IMG/VR virus record: IMGVR_UViG_2615840593_000003
Location: 64,001 to 128,000 of that record
Direction: 5' to 3' (one strand)
Source: a virus
Lineage: Duplodnaviria; Caudoviricetes
Length of the DNA stretch: 64,000 bases
Shown: positions 57,309-64,000 of the stretch, in pieces
Layout: each line of letters opens with the position of its first letter
Numbering within the stretch: position 1 is the first letter of the stretch
The notes under the pieces: model-generated
The model's input: the letters and a program-made list of their open reading frames with translations, nothing else
What the model was told of the DNA's origin: nothing
Databases searched by the model: none
Program-made: the position numbers and the translations under genes

Positions 57309-60300
57309 GATGAAGTTGGTAACTTCGTAAAAAATGTGCTACCTCGTTTAGTTAGTGCACCTGCTCAAGATGCATTAAGTATGGTTAATGTTTCTCTAAC
57401 AGACAAACAAGGAAACATGCGTGACATCATTCAGGTTTATACTGAAGTAGCTAATAAAGTTAAAGATCTGAATGATACTGAACGGATTTCAGTAATGGAA
57501 GGTCTTGCAGGAAAATATCACATATCTCGTATGCAAGCATTACTAGATGACTTAGGTTCTGCTAAATCAATGTACAGAGAAATGTATGAGACATCTAAAA
57601 ATTCAGCAGGTTCAGCAATGCGAGAAAATGAAATCTACATGAAATCATTAGAAGCACGTATTGCATTAACACGAGTGGAATTCGAGAAGCTCGCAGTCTC
57701 AATAGGAGACGCTTTTCTGACAGATGGCATGGTATCATTCCTTCAATTAGCTTCAGGTGGATTAGGTGTAATAACGAGTCTTGTGAATGGAGTTGGATTA
57801 CTCCCTGTAGTTTTAGGTACAACAGGAATGGCAACTTTTTTATTATCTACCAAGTTTAAAGAACTAAGCGTAAGTGTCGGAAGCTCTATTGTTTCATTAG
57901 TAGGATTTAGAGGAACTGCGACAGCAGTAACTACGGCTACCAACCTATTATCTGTAGCGACAAAAGGTCTAGGAAATGCGTGGAAAGGATTCTTATCATC
58001 TCTTGGCGTTGGACTACCTCTTGTTGCCATCGGTTTTGTTATTGAAAAACTAATGAGTAAGATGGGTGAAGCTCGTCAAAAAGCCGAAGAATTAGAATCT
58101 GCTAACAAGGAAATGCTTAATTCATATAGTCAAAATGCTTCTAATATAGATGAGTTATCAAAGAAGTATGAAGAATTAGAAGAAAAAATGGCATTACCTA
58201 ATGTAGATTCTAAAACTATTAATGAATATCGTGACATCCAAAATGAAATAGGTACAAAGCTTCCTTCTTTGGTTACTGGGGAAGATTCGTATGGTAACAA
58301 ATTAATAGGTACTAGTAATGCACTTAAAGTTAAAATCGATTTACTCAAACAGCAACTAGAGATAGACAAGCAGATAGCTGAAGCAGAAGCAAATTCTAGA
58401 AGAAATGAAGACATTGAAACTTATAATTCAGATATGAGTTCGGCTAATGATAAAATGCAAGGACGTCTACAGGTATTAGCAAACTATGATGAAAATTCTT
58501 TAAAATGGGCGGATAAATTTGATATTCCTGATAAATTAGTTATTAGATTAGCTGATGAAAATGGAAAACCATTATTAACTACTGCTGATGAGATTGCAAA
58601 AAAATTAAATGATATTAAAACTAAACACCTTGAAGCTAAAAATTCAGGTGATGATGGCTTAGTAGAGTACTATGGTAAATTATTATTCATGTTAGAAGAT
58701 ACGTATAAGGCTGTATTACCACATGAACTTGAGATGAATAAATCAACTGCTAACCTAAAATCTCAATATGTAGCATCCTTAAATGCAATGATAGGAACAA
58801 ACTCATCATTGCAAGATTCTACAAAAGAAATGGCTCAAGTCTTCTCATCACAATTACTTTCAATGTCTGATTCCAGTAACATTAATGATTTAAAAAGTGG
58901 CTTAGAAACACTATTCTCTTATAACGGTAATGATGAACTATCTAGCAAGGCAAATGAGATTACTACCAATATTTCTAAATCATTCAGCGATATGGCTAAT
59001 GCTACAGAAGAAGATTTCGGAAAATCTTCAGCAAGCGTCAAAACTATGTTGGATGGATTGCCAAAAAGTCTAGAGGCAGTTATTAGTAAAGAAAAAGACA
59101 GAAAAGCTGTAATGGATTTACTAAACAAGACATATGAAAATGCCATTACAGAGCATAGTAAACTGGCTAACGAAGCTAAAGCGACTGGCAAAAGCTTCGA
59201 TGAAGTAAGAGCAGGTATGGATGCAGTCAGTGAAGGTGCAGAGCAATCTTCTGAATCAGTATCGGAATTAGCCTCAAAAATGCAAGACTTCAAAGATGTA
59301 ACTGAGCAAATGGCAGGTGTATCTCAATCTGGAGTCGATGCGTTAAACGACCTAATTTTCCAATATGACTCACTTACTAACAAATTAGCAGGTTACACAC
59401 AACAACAACTTCAAGATATTTACACTAAAGAAAATTTAACATCCAAAGAACGAGAAGTTAAAAAGGTTCTAGATGATCGTGTAGCTATAATGAAGGAATT
59501 ATCCAGTGTCTACCCTGACTTATTAGGTAAAGATGGTAAAGCTATTGTCTTATCAGATGAGAAGCGTAGTGCTATCATAGCAGAAAATAAAGCAAATGAA
59601 ATACTATTAAAAGGTTACAAACTTGCTCGTGATGGAAAGTTAACTGCTGAACAGCAAGCTACATTAGCATCTGCTAGTGGGGCTAAAGCACGTATCAATA
59701 ACTTAAAAGTAGAAATTTCGATGCTTGAAAAGTATGTCAGAGCTAATGAAATAGCATTAGGTTCTGCTGTAGCAATTAATGCAATGCCGTTATCTGGCGT
59801 TGCAGGTTCAGCCATGAAAATGGCAATGGAAGCACAACAAAGTATACTTCAAGGTAGACTTGCAGGAGCTAGAGCAGAATTAGACGGACTTGCAGGTAGT
59901 CTTAGTACTAATATTGGAAATATAAGTGATTTCTCTGCTGAAATCGAAAATTCGTCTAAATCAACTAATAGTAATACTAAAGCTACAAAAGAGAACAATG
60001 CTGAAAAAGAGAAATCCATTTGGATTACTGACAAGTATAAGCAAAAATTAGAAGAGCTTAATTTAGCAATCGAAAAACAGCAAAAAATACAAGCTAGATT
60101 TCCTGAACATTCTAAGGAGTACCGCAAATCACTAGAAGCTCAAATTAAACTTGAAAAAGAAAAATTAGCACTCCAAGAAAAGCAAGTCAAAGCAATACAA
60201 TCTCAAATTGCATCAGGTAAAATTCAGCAAACTGGTAACATTTCAGTTAATTCCTCAAACGGTAAAATTAATGGATATAACGGTAAAATTTCTTCTGGTT

Positions 60301-63300
60301 ATGGTGAACGTACAGACAATCATCGTGGTGTTGATATTGCAATGCCTACTGGTTCCCGAGTAGATGCCCCTGTTTCTGGCAAAGTAATTCGTGCAGGTTC
60401 TGCAACTTCAAAACAAAACAATATGCACTGGTCATACGGTAATGTTGTGATGATTGAAGACCAACAAGGTATTCGACATTTACTAGCTCACCTTGACAAA
60501 ACAATGGTTAAGATTGGTGACTATGTAGAAGCAGGAGCTCAAATTGGTAATAGTGGTAGCACTGGTAAGTCTACGGGTCCCCACTTACACTACGAACAAA
60601 ATAATTCAAAGGGACAGACAATTAACCCTACTGCTACATTAAATTCTATTCGTGCAGGCAGTACCTCTACCCCATCTGCATCGAGTCAACAAGCTACAGT
60701 TTGGAACTACTTTAAAAACAAAGGCTTAAATGATAAAGCTATTGCAGGACTTATGGGTAACATCCAACAGGAATCAACCTTTAATACAAACGCAGGCAAG
60801 AACGCTCCTAAGAATGCTTACGGATTAGTTCAATGGAGAGATGGTCGCAGAGAAGGACTTAACTCTTACGCAAAAAGTATGGGTAAAAGTGCTAATGATT
60901 TACAAGTTCAATTAGACTACATCTGGAAAGAATTAAATGATAAAGAGAAAAGCGCTCTTGCTTCCCTTCAACGTTCTGATTTGTCATCTTCGCAACATGC
61001 TTCTGAATTTGAAAGATTATTTGAGCGTTCAGGCGGTTCGCAAGTTGGAAAACGTCAAAACTATGCTAATCAATATTACAGTCAATATGCAGGTACTAAT
61101 GGCGGTGCAGGAGTTGGTATTGACTCAGGACAACAAGCTATTGACCAAGCTAAATCTGATTTTTTAAGCTTACAAAAAGACGTACTTAACTCTAAGGAAA
61201 CAATTGAAAACTTAAATGACATGTTGGTTAAAGCTAACGTTGCTTATTACGATGACCTTATTAATGGTATAGATCGTTCTATTAATAAGTCTAATGTTTT
61301 AGCCGAACAACAATTAGAGCACTCACAAGCATATCGAGATGAATTAGATAAACAAACTAAACATCTAAAATACAAACAATCTTTACTACATAAAGAAGCT
61401 AATTACATTCGTGAGCAACTTAAACGTACTGACATCTCCCCTGCTTACAAAGATGAATTAACTAATCAACTAAGCGAATTATCTTTAGCTTGGTGGGATG
61501 TTAACGAAAGTATTACGGAAGTAGACGAGAAGATTCAAAATAGTAAAGTTGAATCAATCATAGTTAAATATGAAGAACTACGTCAAATACAAGATAAAGC
61601 TATTAACAGTGAAAAAGCAAAAATTGAAGAATTGGACACTTCTTCTGCTAGATATGTAAAAACTCTCGCAAATATAAACAATGCAATGAGAGAAAAGCAA
61701 AATTCCAATCGCTATGAATTGACTCAGTTAACTGCTTTGGTAAATGGCAATAAGCTATCTGGTGAAGCTTTAGAATCTGCTAAAAACCGTATAGAAGAAT
61801 TGACTACTGGTATTAAAGAATTACAAATTGCCATTCAGAATGGTGATTACGATATTTTAATTAATATTAAAACTCAATCTGACGAAAAAGTCGGTTTAAT
61901 GGAATCTGCTATAAATCAAGCTGAAGCAATTCGTAAAATGTTTGACGAAGGTTCTGCCGATTACGTTAAGTATACAAAAATTATTCTTGAAGAGTATGAA
62001 AAAATAGCTGATCAGCATTTAGTAACTAGAGATGCTTTAGCTGAAGAATTACAGCAACGTGATATTACTGCCGAACGTATCAAAGAAGTAAAAAAACTAA
62101 TAACAGATGAACAACTTGCATATCTGAACGCTACCCTATCAATTAAAGATTATACAAAGCAAGTCGAGGAAGCTAATAAATCTCAACTCGAGAGTATTGC
62201 AGATAAAGCTATCAATGCATATAAGGAATATATCCAAGAGCGTAGAGATGAACATATAAAAACACTAGATGATGAAATTAAGAGAGAAAATGAAAAGCAT
62301 GAGCAAATCATAAAAAATCTTAATGATGAGATGGATTTATTTAGAAAGAATGTAGATGAGAAGCTAAAACTTATTGATCGTCAAGAATCGCAGCGAAGTT
62401 ATGACATGGAAATTTCTGATTTAGAAAAAGAACGTAATGATATTCAAAGTCAATACGATAATCTAGCCTTAGATAAATCTCATGAAGGTAAGGCGAAACG
62501 CAAAAAGCTTAAAGAACAACTAGATGAAATTGACAAGCAAATTGAAGAAAAACGCCATAATCGTGAAATTGAATTACGTAAAGAGTCTTTAAATGATGCA
62601 CTGGAAACTAAAGAAGAAGAAGTAAATGAAAAAATTGAGCTTCAAGATAAAGAGCATGAGAATGTAATCAATAAGATTAATCGTGAAAAAGAATATTGGG
62701 AAAAGCATTATAAAGATCTGCTTAATGATGAACGAAAGTTTGCCGAAATAAGAGAAGCTATATTATCTGGTCATTTTGAAAAAGTAGATGCTGAATTCAA
62801 AAAGTTTGCGGATGAAATGAAAGCTACAATGCCTGAACTTGCCGATACGCTTGATGACACAATGAAAGCTGTAGGTATGACGATTCGTCAAAATGTAATT
62901 GATAATTTGGAAGAAGCACTCAAATTATTTGAAGACTTCAACAAAAGTCAAATTTCAAAGGATGATGGCTCATTCAATTTCAATCCTAATAACGGCAATG
63001 AAGTTAAATCATCTAATGGTAATCTATCCAAAGGCGATTTACAAGTATTACTAGGTAAATTCTTGTATGACAATGTATCTGCACAAACATCTGGAAAAGA
63101 TAAAGATACTGTTCGTCAAACGGCTACACAATTAGCTGAACAGGGCAGAAAAAATGGTAGTACTCAATTCACTAAAGATGACGTTAATTTTAATGATTCG
63201 ATTAAAGGTCTTACTCAAGCAGATATGGATGCTTTATATGAATATTTTGATAGCAATAAAGGCATTTTAGGTGGAAAATATGACGGCTTCATTGATCAAT

Positions 63301-63983
63301 TCATCGGTAGCATTTCTGGTAATAAACATGAATCTACAAATGACGGAAGTTTATCAAAAGCCGATATGCAAGTTATGTTAGGTAAATTTATTTATGAAAA
63401 GGTTGTACCTGATAAATCATTAAACGCCAATACTAAAACAGCATTAAAAGCTAAAGCAGATGGAGTTGCTGCACAAGGAAGAAATGGTGATTCAAAGCTT
63501 TCAGAAAGTGTAACATTCGATTCTATCAAGAGCACATACTCATCGCTACAAGTTAATCAATTGAAATCGTTCTTTGAATCTAATCTAGGTATGATTGATA
63601 ATGCTACAACTAGAGATTTAATGCAGAAAAAGATAGCTTCACTTGATACAGGTGGATTTATGAATTGGGCTGGAACAGGTATTGACGGTAAAGGTGGGAA
63701 AGCAATTATTGCTCATCCTAATGAAATCATGTTGAATAAAGTTGATACAAAAGGATTTTTCAGTTCAATAAATGTAATGGACAAAATTATGTCTAGTCTA
63801 TCCCCTCTCCTATCTAAGTTTACTCCACCACAAAAAACATCACATATTGTTAGTGGAGATACTTATGGCGATATTAAAATAAACTTCAATATTGACAAAA
63901 TGAACGGTGACAGAAACGATTTAAATAAATTTAATAAAATGATTGATGATGATCTATTACGTAGGAAAGGAATGAGAAAGTAA
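57309..63983 (+). CDS. Tape measure protein, exon 3, with M23 peptidase and phage tail lysozyme domains (YomI/CwlP-like)
   Basis: DEVGNFVK..., LAGKYH; HRGVD...STGPHLHYE (M23); IAGLMGNIQQES...YGLVQW (lysozyme); spliced product about 3018 aa. Confidence 0.9.
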   Translation, partial: DEVGNFVKNVLPRLVSAPAQDALSMVNVSLTDKQGNMRDIIQVYTEVANKVKDLNDTERISVMEGLAGKYHISRMQALLDDLGSAKSMYREMYETSKNSAGSAMRENEIYMKSLEARIALTRVEFEKLAVSIGDAFLTDGMVSFLQLASGGLGVITSLVNGVGLLPVVLGTTGMATFLLSTKFKELSVSVGSSIVSLVGFRGTATAVTTATNLLSVATKGLGNAWKGFLSSLGVGLPLVAIGFVIEKLMSKMGEARQKAEELESANKEMLNSYSQNASNIDELSKKYEELEEKMALPNVDSKTINEYRDIQNEIGTKLPSLVTGEDSYGNKLIGTSNALKVKIDLLKQQLEIDKQIAEAEANSRRNEDIETYNSDMSSANDKMQGRLQVLANYDENSLKWADKFDIPDKLVIRLADENGKPLLTTADEIAKKLNDIKTKHLEAKNSGDDGLVEYYGKLLFMLEDTYKAVLPHELEMNKSTANLKSQYVASLNAMIGTNSSLQDSTKEMAQVFSSQLLSMSDSSNINDLKSGLETLFSYNGNDELSSKANEITTNISKSFSDMANATEEDFGKSSASVKTMLDGLPKSLEAVISKEKDRKAVMDLLNKTYENAITEHSKLANEAKATGKSFDEVRAGMDAVSEGAEQSSESVSELASKMQDFKDVTEQMAGVSQSGVDALNDLIFQYDSLTNKLAGYTQQQLQDIYTKENLTSKEREVKKVLDDRVAIMKELSSVYPDLLGKDGKAIVLSDEKRSAIIAENKANEILLKGYKLARDGKLTAEQQATLASASGAKARINNLKVEISMLEKYVRANEIALGSAVAINAMPLSGVAGSAMKMAMEAQQSILQGRLAGARAELDGLAGSLSTNIGNISDFSAEIENSSKSTNSNTKATKENNAEKEKSIWITDKYKQKLEELNLAIEKQQKIQARFPEHSKEYRKSLEAQIKLEKEKLALQEKQVKAIQSQIASGKIQQTGNISVNSSNGKINGYNGKISSGYGERTDNHRGVDIAMPTGSRVDAPVSGKVIRAGSATSKQNNMHWSYGNVVMIEDQQGIRHLLAHLDKTMVKIGDYVEAGAQIGNSGSTGKSTGPHLHYEQNNSKGQTINPTATLNSIRAGSTSTPSASSQQATVWNYFKNKGLNDKAIAGLMGNIQQESTFNTNAGKNAPKNAYGLVQWRDGRREGLNSYAKSMGKSANDLQVQLDYIWKELNDKEKSALASLQRSDLSSSQHASEFERLFERSGGSQVGKRQNYANQYYSQYAGTNGGAGVGIDSGQQAIDQAKSDFLSLQKDVLNSKETIENLNDMLVKANVAYYDDLINGIDRSINKSNVLAEQQLEHSQAYRDELDKQTKHLKYKQSLLHKEANYIREQLKRTDISPAYKDELTNQLSELSLAWWDVNESITEVDEKIQNSKVESIIVKYEELRQIQDKAINSEKAKIEELDTSSARYVKTLANINNAMREKQNSNRYELTQLTALVNGNKLSGEALESAKNRIEELTTGIKELQIAIQNGDYDILINIKTQSDEKVGLMESAINQAEAIRKMFDEGSADYVKYTKIILEEYEKIADQHLVTRDALAEELQQRDITAERIKEVKKLITDEQLAYLNATLSIKDYTKQVEEANKSQLESIADKAINAYKEYIQERRDEHIKTLDDEIKRENEKHEQIIKNLNDEMDLFRKNVDEKLKLIDRQESQRSYDMEISDLEKERNDIQSQYDNLALDKSHEGKAKRKKLKEQLDEIDKQIEEKRHNREIELRKESLNDALETKEEEVNEKIELQDKEHENVINKINREKEYWEKHYKDLLNDERKFAEIREAILSGHFEKVDAEFKKFADEMKATMPELADTLDDTMKAVGMTIRQNVIDNLEEALKLFEDFNKSQISKDDGSFNFNPNNGNEVKSSNGNLSKGDLQVLLGKFLYDNVSAQTSGKDKDTVRQTATQLAEQGRKNGSTQFTKDDVNFNDSIKGLTQADMDALYEYFDSNKGILGGKYDGFIDQFIGSISGNKHESTNDGSLSKADMQVMLGKFIYEKVVPDKSLNANTKTALKAKADGVAAQGRNGDSKLSESVTFDSIKSTYSSLQVNQLKSFFESNLGMIDNATTRDLMQKKIASLDTGGFMNWAGTGIDGKGGKAIIAHPNEIMLNKVDTKGFFSSINVMDKIMSSLSPLLSKFTPPQKTSHIVSGDTYGDIKINFNIDKMNGDRNDLNKFNKMIDDDLLRRKGMRK

Positions 63984-64000
63984 TGTTGGAGTCTATTCAT

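Larger units (their letters stand above)
1..64000. mobile_element. SPbeta-like temperate phage/prophage segment (no att site or host gene in window)
   Basis: Gene order RNAP(YonO)-HU-YonK-phosphoesterase-terminase-portal-protease-capsid-tail-tyrosine recombinase-tape measure matches the SPbeta yon/yom late module; YopX and a dense small-ORF arm. Confidence 0.92.

Noticed and set aside
1-64000. tRNA, rRNA and arbitrium (aimR/aimP) genes
   Set aside because: None recognised by eye in this window; a tRNA scan was not run

Overview
AT-rich Bacillales SPbeta-like temperate phage or prophage segment. 1-16.9 kb is a minus-strand accessory arm of about 40 mostly small genes (metallophosphoesterase, excalibur protein, solitary HicB, XRE regulator, YopX, DUF3267, HNH, DUF262/ParB-like). 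About 22 of its gene junctions carry the same palindromic site RTAAWA-N6-TWTTAY, which makes the arm look like an integron- or dif-module-like cassette array. 16.1-27.4 kb is a divergent control and early region with phased repeat arrays, sigmaA promoters tagged by an AAAATACATAA motif, long leader hairpins and a pistol self-cleaving ribozyme. 27.5-64 kb is the plus-strand late module: CoiA-like nuclease, YonO single-subunit RNA polymerase, HU, terminase, portal, protease/scaffold, capsid, neck and tail genes, an intact tyrosine recombinase, an antirepressor and two HTH regulators. It ends in a tape-measure/lytic gene of about 3,000 aa split into three exons by two group I introns, the second carrying a zinc-ribbon homing endonuclease. 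All calls are from reading the sequence; no database searches were run.
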